Shown: in pieces, positions 25,046 to 39,092 of the stretch | Layout of the letters: each line of letters opens with the position of its first letter | Numbering within the stretch: position 1 is the stretch's first letter | Assembly: GCF_000143415.4 (NCBI RefSeq) | Contig: NW_003314397.1 | Coordinates: forward strand, 248,001 to 312,000 | Length of the DNA stretch: 64,000 bases | DNA from: Selaginella moellendorffii | Taxonomy: Eukaryota > Plantae > Lycopodiophyta | Direction of reading: 5' to 3' | Position numbers and translations under genes: made by a program | The notes under the pieces: model-generated | What the model was told of the DNA's origin: nothing | The model's database searches: none | The model's input: the letters and a program-made list of their open reading frames with translations, nothing else

Positions 25046-25349
25046 TGCAGCACGAAAGAAAACGATGAAACAACGAGCCTACTTTGGAAAATACAGTGGA
25101 GTGTGATCAAACCTATACGTACTTGGATCTGTGATTTGTCGTTCCTGCGTGGGAGGGGATTGTCCGAAGAGTATAAACTCTGGAATATTTGGATTCGCGA
25201 GTGGAATCACTCTTTTTGCTTCGTTAACATTCCTAGAAAACTGCCAAGAGAGATTTAAGTACATCATAGCTTACTTACAATCCTTGTGTGTTGGTTGGTT
25301 CTTGCGTGCCGAGTAAAAATCTGGCTTGTTAGAAAACGAGAAGAAACGA

Positions 25350-28164
25350 TTAGTCGCCTCGGACGTCGCACAGCCGGAGATGTCTCTGAGTTCTCGTGTC
25401 CATGAGCCAGCCTTGGACTTGGTAGCCAGCACACACAAGCCGTCCTTCGTTGTTTCCCCATACGTGAAACGGCGAATTCATCTCCAAGAGATGTGCTTCT
25501 ACTGCTCGCTTGACGGCGCTCTCGCCAGGAACTTTGCTGTGCTTTCCCCAGCCCGTCAGGATGCTGCCATGAAAACCAGGCCGGCCGAGGAGAGCTTAGA
25601 TCTTGAATGACACGAAAGAAAGGACGCTGTAAGTTACCTCATATACTTTGGCAGCACCGATCGTCTCTGGCACAAAAACTTTCGGATGTAGAGCAACCAC
25701 AAGTGAAGCATCGCCTGTGCCGAGCCGACCGACATGAAGTGCAAGTCGAGAAAAAACTGCTGCTCGGAATGCCACCATGCTTTGTCCCAAACATGCCGGT
25801 CCTTGGCTGCCTCTACGACTCTTTGAGCACTGTTCCTCTGAACAAAAGAAAAAAAAAAATGTGACTTTCAGGATTTAAATCCAAAGAAGAAACGCGCCTG
25901 CTCGAAGTGCCACAAGACATCTGTTAGTGCGTTGTAGAATGCCACGGCTGTGTTGTGTCCTAGCGTCGTTAGCTCGTTAAACAACGTCTCGGCGTCTCTC
26001 CATACTCGAATCCTAAAGCCCATGAGCAAGCCGTGTGTAACTCCATACACTCGGCCGTCGAAAACTCTCATGGCCTCTAATAAATTGGATGCATCCTCCA
26101 CCGATGCACAATGGCTGTATCATGCCAAAAAAAAAAAAAAAGGAAAAATCGAATTTTTTGTACCTATAAAAGAATTGAAGTACCTGCAAGCGTTGAGGAT
26201 GGACGAAAACGTCACTACGTTGGGCTTGACACCGTTTTTAGCCATCTCCCGGAACACCCTCGCAGCAGCAAGCACGAGAGCTTGCTTCTGTTTGGGATCC
26301 ACAAGAGACTGTTGATCGTCTTGCATCTACAAACACAACCAACACTGGGTTTTAAAAGCATCGTCACTCTTGGAAGAAGAAAAAATCGAAGTTTTGGAAA
26401 GGTTTTACGTACCATGAGGCACTGCCTTCCATAGGCATCCAGCAGCGAGTTGTAAGTAATAACATTGGGACGAATGCCATTGTCCGCCATCTCCTCGAGC
26501 AAAGCCAGAGCCTCGTCCGGCGATCCATTCTTACAGCAGCCATCGACGAGCGTGCTGTAGAGCACAACGTCGGGCTGGAGCCCGGCCTTCTTCACGTCCT
26601 GGAACAAAGCCATGGCGTCACGGTGGAATCCATGCTTGCAGTAGGCATCGATGAGCGCCGAGTACGTGAGAATGTTTGGAGAGGCCCCGCGCTGCTTCAT
26701 CTCCTCGAGCAGCGACATGGCCTCGCGAAACTTGCCTTGCTTGCCGTAGGAATCGAGCAGCGCGTTGTAGGTGACGATATCCTTGGCGAAGCCAGCCTCC
26801 TCCATCGCCCGCCGGATGCTGTGGGCCTCGTCAAAGTTGCCAAGACGAGCGTGGATGTCGACCATGGTGTTGTAGCAAATCCCGTCGGGCTCCACGTTTT
26901 GGTTGCGCATCTCTTGAAAGAGCGCGATGGCTTCGTGAGCGAGGCCGAGCTTGGCGTATCCATCGATCATGGTGCTGTACGTGATGACGCTGGGCTCGAT
27001 GCCGGAGCTCTTGGCCATGGTTTCCATGAGCGCAGCGCCGAGATGCATCTGTCCACCGCGGCAGTACGTCGCGATGAGCGTGTTGTAAGTCACGTCGTCC
27101 CGAGCGATGCCGCGCTCCTCCATCTCCGCGAAGATCCGGTCGCATTCCTCCCAGCGATTGGCTCGCCCGGCGGCGGAGATGAGCGTGTTGAAAGTGATCC
27201 TGTCGGGGGACATTCCCTGCTCCAGCATCTCTCGAAAGATCCGGAGCGCTGTCGGGTAGTCGCCACCTTTGCTGCAGGCGTCGATCACGGCGTTGTAGAC
27301 GACGAGGTTGGGCTTGCAAACCACTTTCATGGCCTCGAAAATCTCCACCGCCTTGGCCAGCTTGCCGCTGCGGCCATAGGCGCAGATCAAGGACGAGTAG
27401 ACGAACACGTTGTTGCCAAACCCAGCGCCTACTGCCCGATCGAAGATCAACTGCGCCCAATCGGATCGACCAAGCCGCCCGAGCGAGCTGATGATCGTGC
27501 TCGTCACCTTGTCCCACTGGCTGCGGAGATTCTGCTGGAGGACCATCCAGTCGAAGCTCTTGACCACCTTCTCCCACTGCCCCGAGTGGCCGAGCTCGCG
27601 GACAATGAATGGGAGATCGTCTGGGCCGAGGAGATGCGCCGAGACTTGGTCCAGCAATGCGGGCATGAGCGATGGCGATGGCGACTTGATCATGTGTTTC
27701 ACGGCGGAGGAGAGCACGGGCTTGATCGGCTTGCCTGGAGCGCTGCTGGGTCGGCCCAGATGCGAGAGCTTGGAGACGAGGCGGGTGGATTTGCGGCCGC
27801 AGAAATCCGAGCCCAGCGATGGCGGCCGAGCGGCGGTAGAGGCGGCGGCGGCGGCGGCGGTGGCGGTCATGGCGGAGGCGCCCGCAGGGCATCGCCAGCT
27901 CGCGGCGGCATCAAGGCCAGCTCCAGAGATGGCGCTCGTCGCCCAGGGGGGGCTCCCGGGGCGCCCCCCAGCGAGCGAGAGGCGATTGCGGCGGCGCGGG
28001 GCGAATTCTTCGTGGGCGGCGCGGAGGATCTTACCGGCGGCCGGGGAGGAGCGGTCCAGTGGATGGGACGAGGACCAGGATCCGCGCGAGGAGGTGGGCT
28101 GAGGTCCATTGGGATTTGCCGCACTGCCCTGCGCAGTGCTCAGCGACGAAGAAGATGCTGACAT
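25350..28164 (-). CDS. GUN1: GENOMES UNCOUPLED 1, plastid P-type PPR-SMR protein
   Basis: [14 protein letters not shown] motif, ~10 P-type PPRs, [16 protein letters not shown] domain [19 protein letters not shown]...[12 protein letters not shown]. Stop at 25350-25352. Confidence 0.93.
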
Positions 28165-28299
28165 CACCGCAAGCCCTAGTCCTAGTCACGCCGCGATATT
28201 TCATTTCAAGGCGTATCTTCTGCCATGTGGACTTTGGCTTACCCGCCACGTAGAATTAAAGTTTAGGGCTTGCCACGTCGGCTTCTTCATCTAGGGTTT
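28165..28299. promoter_or_regulatory. 135-bp bidirectional promoter GUN1/NOP16 with ACGT (G-box/ABRE-like) cores and telo-box
   Basis: GCCACGT occurs twice (~28245 and ~28272). TAGGGTTT at 28292-28299 directly precedes the NOP16 ATG. Confidence 0.55.
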
Positions 28300-28929
28300 A
28301 TGGCGAGATCGAGAGCCAAGTACCGGAAGAACAGGCCCAAGGTGCGCGTTCGAGTGCCAAAGAAGCCCAAGAGGCCGCAAGCGCAGGATGTTGCCATCCC
28401 CGGCTCGCAAGAAATGTGAGTTTTGCTTTCTTCCAGCCTTGGGATCGAAGGATCGATCGCTTTGATTTGCAGACTTAAGCTAGATGAGAAGACCGTGACG
28501 GCGAGCTACAAATCGGCGGGGATTCTTGCCGATCCAAATCGTCTCCAGTCGCACGACTTGCCACTGACCGATGCTGTGATGGAATCGCTCGAGACCGACG
28601 GTGAGGGCCTCTTCCAAAGAGAAGAAAAATTTGATTTTGAGAGCTGCTTTTATAGATGTTCGCTCTGCTCTTGGCAAGAAACGAAGGGATGGGAAGAATG
28701 CTGGCTTGCAGCGTCTCACAAAGATGCAGAGAGTCCATATCGCGCGGCTCATCAAACAGTATGGGAACGACTTCGAGGTGAAACAACTTTGGATCGATCA
28801 CTTAGCATTTCTCTCTCTTTCTCTTAATCGCAGGCAATGGCGAGAGACATAAAGCTCAACACCATGCAGCATTCTCAAGGAGTTCTCAGGAAGCTCTGTG
28901 CAAGGTTTCACGCGTACCATCAGCTATGA
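28300..28929 (+). CDS. NOP16: Ribosome biogenesis protein Nop16-like, 4 exons
   Basis: MARSRAKYRKNRPKVRV...SYKSAGILADPN...GKKRRDGK...LIKQYGNDFE|AMARDIKLNTMQHS. Confidence 0.85.
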
Positions 28930-28984
28930 ACTCCAAGACAATAGTTTTTTTCCCATGAACCAAAAAGAAATGGAACAACTTAAC

Positions 28985-30999
28985 TTAGTACACGCCAGGG
29001 AGTACCTTGTAAGGAACTTCTCGGCAGTACAGGTCCCAGAATTTTTTGTACCTGGATAGGAAAAAATGTGTAAGAGCGTGAACGAAATGAAATGCGAGAT
29101 CTTACTTCGTCCGGCATCTTTGATCGTCGCGGACGGCTCGGTCCAGGAGCAAAATTGTGAGAAAAACAACATAAAAGTATGGAAGGAACTGAAAATCCAA
29201 AAACCTCGAGGTTAGTCTTGCATGGCATATATGATCAGGAAACGTTCTTACGTGTTCGAAGAGAGCAGGCACAGACCAAAAGAAGGCCGCGGATATTTCT
29301 GGGACGTAGTGGAAGTGGCGTGCGAGCCCCCACCTGCAAATTCAAAGTTAAAATTTTGATTCTTCATAGACTGTCATGCTTACCAGCCGGAAGTTAAAAG
29401 CAAGCTCTTCTTTGTCTCTCCCTTTTCGGTCACGTAAGTGGCCTCAATCTACAAAATCCACCGAGCTAATAAGCTACCAGATAGATTTGCTTGTTTCAAA
29501 GTGTACCTTGCCTGGTGCTTTCCCCCATATTGTACATTTTCCGTTGGTGCTTCGGAAATGCTGGCGTTGGCGATCACAGTCGTAGTTTATATAGATACAG
29601 GCAAGACCTGCAACCAAAATGGCCAGAGCAAGCTAGATAGCAAACAAAACAGAGTGAGTGCCTTTGAGCAGTCCATAAAACACATCTACGATACCTGTGT
29701 ACCAAGCTCATTGGAATGACGAACGAGATACAAAGCTGGAGAAGTATAAACCGATGGAACCCAGACGAGACACCCCCAGCATATGTAAAACCCAGCTACA
29801 GCGTACAATCGTGTATAGCGTGTTAGTTCTTGGATCGCAAGAAGTTCCTATCGAAGTGAACTATCATACCGCGATCGTGTGCGATGTCCATGGTGCACCA
29901 GTAACCCGATTCCCACCAGAAAAACTTTGTGATGTACACCAGCATGAGGCACGTACTGACGAGCATTGAGTCCGAGACTTTGCCATATAACTCATGCTGC
30001 TTGATGCAGTACGTGATGGCCAAAACAGCCCACGACATCATCCCAAAGCGACAGTTTGCGAACGTCTTGATGTCAAAGGAGCTTCCGATTCGGGGATACA
30101 GTTCCATACCCTGAGCAAAGCGTGTCAACAAGATAAGATAAGTAGCATTGGCGATTTGTTTACCCAGTAAAAGTCTGCTATGAAGTTTCCGGTTGATCCA
30201 GAGTCAGACGACGAAGGTGCAACGTGACCCTGCACAGAATTGCGTCAAAGTTCGTATGGTCAGCCGCACAGACTTGCCTTGCCTTGATATAGAGAAGAAC
30301 ACAAAAAACTATGCTGCCAAAAATGAGAGTAGAAAAGATCTCTCCGAGGTGATCGTAGACAAGAGCTGGATTGAACCATCCAAATCTAAACAAAGAGCTC
30401 ACTCAGAGTCTGGAAAAACGAGGAAGAATTCTATGCACGACATACCTCCACATTGCCGTGTATACCACCAAAGTCGTCACATACGCCGCCATGCCATTGG
30501 CCTGCCAAGGTTTTCACAATGTCCTCAAGATCTTTGTTCTAGTAGAGAAAGAGCATACCTTGTAGACTGGACGATTTCCAGATGGAGACACGGGCCCTAT
30601 AAACTTCTTGCCAGGCAATGCCAGCAGCAAAAACGCTTCAAACAATCCAAACGCTGCGATGATCTTGCATGCTGTGAGCGTCGGCCTCGGCCAGATCTCC
30701 ACGAGCGCCTGAAATCCCTTGGCCTGCGCGAGATCCCAGAAGCTCGACACAGCGCCATGCCCGTGCACCAGCGTGTACCATCTGATCCAGAGCGAGGATT
30801 TCATGGCCGCGAATCAATGCGAGGGGAATACTCACAGAACGATCACAAAAGGCGGGCAGAAGAGAAGCAATCCGAGCATCGAGACGTAAGTCACGGACGC
30901 CGAATGCCCCGCGACTGTGCCAAACGATGAGGCCTTGGCGCCGCCAGCGCCGCCGCCCTTGATCTTCCTGGCATCCTTTCCTCCGATCGATGACGCCAT
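28985..30999 (-). CDS. DWF5: 7-dehydrocholesterol (sterol delta-7) reductase
   Basis: CPPFVI, GPVSPSGNRPVYK, GHVAPSSSDSGS, GMELYPRIG...FANCRFGMMSW, TMDIAHDR|AGFYICWGCLVW, NYDCDRQRQ, YKVLPGVY*. Confidence 0.95.
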
Positions 31000-31142
31000 A
31001 GATCCTAGCGCTAAACGAGAATAAGAAAAAACCTCAAGCACATAACATGGATCCAAATTCGAAAAAGAAAAAGTATGTCCGAACACAAAATCTCGACCGT
31101 CCGATGCTCGAGCTCTGGACCGTCCGATCGGGGAGCCTTCGT

Positions 31143-33042
31143 CTACCTCTGGATGTAGCCTTCATCGTATTGATCCTCCTCGCCATGGATGTCGATCTCG
31201 TCCAGGAGAGCTCCATGAGACGATTTTCTCCTCCCAGGAGCGAGGAGCGATGTCTCCATCGCATCGTCGCCAGCGCTACTTCGCCTACCGCTACGCCTGC
31301 TATCGATTAAGCTGGAGTTCCTGCTCTCCACGGGGCTTCTAATGTGGAGAATGGAGCCCATGGATGGCTGCCTGTTGGGAAGCGGCGGTAGCGCGGCCTT
31401 GAACAAAGCTGCCTCGAAGGAATGAGGCTGCTGCTGCGGCTGCTGTGGATCGTTGGGAAAGTTTCCAAAGCCCGAGAGTGACGACTGTGGAGAGGGACGA
31501 GCTTGAGTCTTCCTCCTTCCGGCCTCGCCACTCAAAGAGCCACCTTGACTAATGAAGGACGCGCGAGAGAAGGCGGCGCTGCCGAAAGAGGCGCCGCCAA
31601 GGCCAAGAGTGGAGGCCGAGGCTGGATCGATTGTTCCAGCTCCAAACATCTTGCTGTGCCTGCGAAGCGTGTCCATCTCTTGGCCTGTGGGAACGAACGT
31701 CCGTGCTCGGTATCTCATTGGAGCCTCTTGGCTTCCATCGCTGTAGAGCACGTAGTCGTGATAAGTTGGAGCAAACTGCAAGACAAGAGCTTTGCCTTTC
31801 GATGAGAAAACAAGACCTTGAGAATTTTTACCTGATGGAGTGTGTCGTGGACAACGTCGTTCAAGCTGAGAGCATGGCTGAGACTGGCCCAAAAACTTAA
31901 GTTCCCGGAGCCTCCGACGTTGGCTTCGGCGTACTGCTTGTATGGAAACGCGTAGACGTGCCCCATTGCCGCTATCAGCATCTCAAAGCACACCAAGAAG
32001 TTCTGGACGATCTCGGCCTCGTCTGCAGTTTTTATATATCCCATCTTCGCGACAATATAAACTCCCACTCCCTACGCAAATCGAGGAACATCACAACAAT
32101 GAAACGAGAAGGGAAGGATTAAGTACCTGCCAGTACGTGAGAAAGACCACCGATTTGATGATGATAAACTTTGGCAGAGCTTTGTAAGGCCTCAAGAGAT
32201 CAGCACAGGCAACGTAGAACAAAACGAGCACGTACAGCGCAACCGAGTAGGAAACGGTGTAGATGAGCGTGATGTAGAGATAGCCCGACGTGACGCTGAA
32301 GTTTCCATCGTCGTAGAGATCGAGCGAATAAAGGATGAAGGTGGCGGCGACCAGCAGCGGCTTGATGATCACAAACTGGATACCACCTTGCTTGCACCTC
32401 CGGATAAACACCCTGCAAAGCAATCACAAGCGCACTCATCAGCAAAGGAAACAACTTGTTCTTGTTTTTCTTTTGCGGTGCTGATCCTTACAGTGTTTGA
32501 GTCGTCCGAAATTGAGGAGAAGGCCAAGCACGAACCCGTCAAGGGGGATGGGATCCATGCAGCAAGTCATGAGATGCCAAGACGGCTTGAGCATTCGTCC
32601 CTGCAAGCTCTGGACGACAGAGCCAGGCCCGCCAACCCAAGCAAGGCACAAAGAAAGAAAATTATAGATGACAAAGGCCTCGTATCTGCATAAGAGAAAC
32701 ACCACCAAGAACAAAGAAGGAAAAATTTCCTATTCAGTCTCGCAGAAAAGAAGAATTTTTACCCACATTTGACACACAGAATCGAAGTAGACAGCGTACT
32801 CTTGATATAAAATGCATAGAAAGGACATCAACGCGAAGATCTGGCAGCCGGGAATTTGTCGAGATTCGGAGGCAAATTGGGAAGGAGCCACTTACTGGGA
32901 CCATGAAGACGATTCGCACAGTGTAGCGCTGGAATGTAGGCTCCGTGTAGTTGAACAAATGCATCACGATGTGCCATAGCGCCATAAAAATCGCGGAGAA
33001 AGAAAAGAATCCCGCCAAGCCCAGCACGGCAGATGATGCCAT
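31143..33042 (-). CDS. LAZARUS1/TMEM184 (DUF300, OST-alpha) transporter-like protein
   Basis: HLFNYTEPTFQRYTVRIVFMVP, YEAFVIYNFLSLCLAWVGGPG, CKQGGIQFVIIKP, PKFIIIKSVVFLTYWQ, QNFLVCFEM, QFAPTYHDYVLY. Confidence 0.92.
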
Positions 33043-33190
33043 CCGCCATGAACACACACAGGAACCCTAGCCCCTTCTTGCACAAGTAGCCGTTGGATCC
33101 TGTTTGGATCGGACGGTCCGCGGAGATACGTTTTCATGTTAAGTTACTGGGAGAAAAAAATCACTGGAGAGCGAAAGCTCTTCAAAGCTT

Positions 33191-34322
33191 TCAGTCTCTC
33201 CTCAATTTCATCTGGTTATACAGCAAAAACTGGATCATCACGACTCCGTTTGTCAAAACCCCGAGAATGCTACCAACGATCACTGAAAAAAAACCAAGAA
33301 AACTTTGATGAGCGAAAATCAATCGGACAACCGAGCGAGGCTTACTGCTTGTTGGAGCACTCTCTTGAATGCTTGTGAACAGACGAACTGTGGCAAAACA
33401 AAAACAAAAGCGATGGCTCAAAGCAAATAACAAAGTGACTACTTACCGAAACACCCAGCAAAGCTCATGAAATTGGTAAGAAAGCTAAGCTGGCCGGTGC
33501 TCTTGTTCTGGAACAAAACCAGTAGAGTTGAGAGAAGTCATCTTAGAAGCTGCAAACCTTGTAATTCTCGAAAATTTGCGGCAATCGCGAGCAAAAGAAG
33601 ATGAGATGCTGGCAAGCCTGAAAAACAAAAAGAGTTTTTGAGATGGTCTTTTGCTGTAGAACTTCTTACGTAAAGGGCCTCGAACATATTCGCATCCAGC
33701 TTTCCTGCCAACAGCATCGGAGCAATTGCACAGTATCTGTTTTTTTAATCGTTAAAGTTAGAACTCGGAACTGCGAAGGAAGAAAGGCATCTCGAAAAGG
33801 ATACAATGCTGATTTTGCCCAGACGTTAAGTCCACGATTTGGAGAGTATTGGTATAAAAGTGCCACCAAGACAATCGCTGAAGAAAACCATTCGATGTGA
33901 GTGAAAAATAAAAATCTCTTCCACGGTCACTTACTTTGAATGAGAAGAAACACTAGTTCTCCATAGGCCGAGAAGGCCAAGCCTTTGAAGAGGCAATACG
34001 CGAGAGCGATGGTAAATCCCACCACTTCCAACTCAAAGGATGGAATGCTCAGCCCCTGGATGCTCTTGTTCTTCATAATCACGTGAATCTGAGGAGTTCC
34101 AATCCAACGGATAGTCAATGCAATCGAGCTAGCTCGAATCGAAGAGATGGATTTTAGTTCATACGCTACCTGTGGAACCTTGACGATCGTGGAAGCAAGG
34201 ATGATGCAGTAGCCCAGGACCTTGGAGAGGAGCGGGAGAATGCACTCCTTGGCGGGCAGTTGGGCGTTGCCGAGCGCATTGAGCGCGCAGCCAAAATCCA
34301 TGCCTGCGAATTCGAGCTCCAT
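33191..34322 (-). CDS. MPDU1: Mannose-P-dolichol utilization defect 1 homolog (PQ-loop)
   Basis: MELEFAGMDFGC...SKVLGYCIILASTIVKVPQ, SFELEVVGFTIALAY, FSAYGE, second RLPQI, KSTGQLSF, RLFTSIQE. Confidence 0.92.
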
Positions 34323-34395
34323 CGGAAGATCAAGCGCCCAGCCCCAGCTCCATCGCCCTAAAAAGAAGATCTACAAGCAACGCTTGACCTGACGA

Positions 34396-34491
34396 TACAC
34401 GTGGCGTCTCGAGACTGGCGGAGGTTTTCTCATGGCATTAATACATTGTCGGCATTTTTTGCTATGTACGGCCTCGTATATACTATATAAA
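34396..34491. promoter_or_regulatory. G-box and TATA box in the MPDU1/NTRC divergent promoter
   Basis: CACGTG at 34398-34403. TATATAAA at 34484-34491, about 70 nt upstream of the NTRC ATG. Confidence 0.55.
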
Positions 34492-34561
34492 GCCAGAGGG
34501 TACGGTAGTGGCCCCCCACTTAGTTTCATTCTTTCATTCTAGAGCCTCCTTCCTCCCCTCC

Positions 34562-36821
<2,260 letters not shown>

Positions 36822-36992
36822 GTAGCTCATATTTTTCGTGGATCGATTTTGTTCCATCCACTGAGCCAAATTCTCTATCGGGGTTGTTTTATATAAGCGA
36901 ATAATCATTCACAACAACTAAAAGATACCATGTTTGAAACAAGCATATACCACGTTAGAGCGAGCTTTGAATCGCTGGAGGAGCTCGAGTAC

Positions 36993-37994
36993 TTAGGGCC
37001 CGATGTAGCGGCTGACAAAGAAGAGGAATCCATAGGTGACGAGCATGGCCGCCCATCCGCCCAGCGTGACCCGGAGCGCCGCCTTGCCCATGGCGGCTCC
37101 GCCCAGCCGCGCGCCCAGCGCCCCGAACGCCGCCAGCGCCGCCGTGGACGACACCAGCAGCGCCGTGAGGCGGTACTTGTAAGTCCCCACAAACGCGCCC
37201 GCCAGCAGCGGCACCGCGCCGCCCACCGAGAAGGCCAGCGCCGACGCCGTGGCGGCCTGCATTGGATTGGACAGGCCGTCCAGATCGATCCCCAGCTCGT
37301 CCCGCGCGTGAGCTTTGAGCGCTCCATCGGCGTGGCTCGACAGCTCCTCCGCGACTTGCTTGGCCAGGTAGTAGCTCAGCCCGCGGCTCACGTAGATCTG
37401 CGCCAGCTCTTCCAGCTCTCGCTCCGGCCCGGCCATGTGTTCTTGCTTCTCCTTCTCCAGATCGGCCAGCTCGGTGTCGCGCTGCGAGTAGACCGACACG
37501 AACTCGCCGATCGCCATGCTGCAAGCTCCCGCGATGAGCCCCGCGATGCCCGAGAGGAGCGAAGCTTTGACGTCGTACTTCACTGCGCTCACGCCAACCA
37601 TGATGGAGGCGACGGAGATGAGGCCATCGTTTGCTCCTAGCACCATTGCTCGCAGCCATGGCGAGCGCTGCGAGTAGTGTGTGTCGTGGCCGTCTTCCTC
37701 CGGGCGGAGTGGATCGCCCGAGCTCGAGTGGAGCAGGATTGGAAGCCCCGGAACTCCCCCGCCTCCTCCTCCTGGAACTCCTGGAGCTGCCGCTACTGCC
37801 GCTAGTGCTTGGTGGTGGGAGAGTGACGAGAGTGAGAGTGTGTGAGACTGGGAGGCGTGAGACTGTGGCGTGGGAGGCTGCGAGTCGAGCGTGCAAAGTG
37901 AGAGGTGATGCTCTGCTGCTGCTACCATCGCCATCCCCGTGGTGGTGGTGGTGGTGGTGGTGGTGGTGGAATGATGATCTCCTCCTCTAACCAT
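36993..37994 (-). CDS. Vacuolar iron transporter-like (VIT1/CCC1 family), intronless
   Basis: RSPWLRAMVLGANDGLIS, AGACSMAIGEFVSVYSQRD, HARDELGI, NPMQAATASALAFSVG. The low-complexity N-terminus makes the start uncertain. Confidence 0.92.
   Translation of the reverse strand: MVRGGDHHSTTTTTTTTTTGMAMVAAAEHHLSLCTLDSQPPTPQSHASQSHTLSLSSLSHHQALAAVAAAPGVPGGGGGGVPGLPILLHSSSGDPLRPEEDGHDTHYSQRSPWLRAMVLGANDGLISVASIMVGVSAVKYDVKASLLSGIAGLIAGACSMAIGEFVSVYSQRDTELADLEKEKQEHMAGPERELEELAQIYVSRGLSYYLAKQVAEELSSHADGALKAHARDELGIDLDGLSNPMQAATASALAFSVGGAVPLLAGAFVGTYKYRLTALLVSSTAALAAFGALGARLGGAAMGKAALRVTLGGWAAMLVTYGFLFFVSRYIGP
37938..37969. repeat. (GGT/ACC)~10 microsatellite encoding poly-Thr
   Basis: gtggtggtggtg... 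run. Confidence 0.9.
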
Positions 37995-39092
37995 CTTTCT
38001 TCTCTTTCACAGAGCTTGGAGCTATAGCAAAGCGATGGATTTGGAGGAGCAAAGCGTCGTCGTGCGAGGGCATGAGGAATTGGAAAAGCTGCTGCACAAG
38101 ATATATACCATGTCGGTAAGTGTCCAGAGTCACTGTCTTTGCATTCCCCGCTTACTTCTCTCTTTGGTCCCGCAGAGCAGTGGAGAAGGATGGCGTGACG
38201 AGGAGAAGGGGAGCAAGAAGAAGAATAATGGAGTAAAAAAGCTCCAAGGTGGTGGTGCTGCTGGTGGTGGTCACGCTCGCAATCGTAACGACGACATTGT
38301 CAGCAAAATTCTGTGCTCTCAGATGCTACTTGTGGCGATGCTGCTGCCCGATGCTCGATGCTCGCTGCTGTGCGTGTTTCTTTTCGAGGATTGCCGGCGG
38401 TCAAGCAGCAGTTGGGAAAAGTAAGTTGGCATTCTCTTTGTGTGGGTGTACTAATGTTCTCCAGATTCTTGCTTGCACTACCCGTTCACAGTTGGAAAAC
38501 ACCTCCGCGGCAGGAATCAATGGAGGCTTGCGTCTCGGGAATCCAAAATCATTTGCGAGAGGAACAGGTGGGAGAACAGGACAGCGGCCTCTCATACAGA
38601 GGAGAAGAACAGGGAAGTTTTTGGAGCAAGAGTAAAAAAACAGGGAAGAAAGAAGGAAGAAGCGCCAATCTTCCTCGACAAAGGGAGAGAAGGAAGAACA
38701 AGGAAGGAAGAAAATTTGGGAACGCAAGGAAGAAAGCGTAACGGATCACAGTAAAGGTCCGACGGTCGAGACGCGGCCAAGTCGGCGGGCGGACGTTGTA
38801 GTTGGAAACCAACGATCCAGATTGGAAGCCGGTTGGTAAGAGGCGTTAAGCGGACGAGAAAGAATCAAGGGACACCACCTCCACTACACACTATTGGGAT
38901 AAGAAGATTAGTCCAATACAATCAAGGAAGAAAGCATCAATCCACCAAAACTTTATAAACAAGAAAAAAATAAGCTCGGTTGAGTGGGAAGAGGCATCAA
39001 ATCTTCGCATAAATCGAGAGTGTGGGAGGAGATATGATAGGAAGAAGCTCGAGGTAAGCTTTTATTGTCTCTCTCTTCTTTGCTCTTGTTCT

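Noticed and set aside
26623-28161. 512-aa plus-strand ORF (and the 353-aa alternative-frame ORF) over GUN1
   Set aside because: Antisense/shadow ORFs caused by the high GC3 codon usage of the GUN1 PPR exon. No recognisable domain.
36930-37990. Long overlapping ORFs (236, 313 and 119 aa, poly-Trp) across the VIT-like gene
   Set aside because: GC-rich shadow frames and microsatellite translation.
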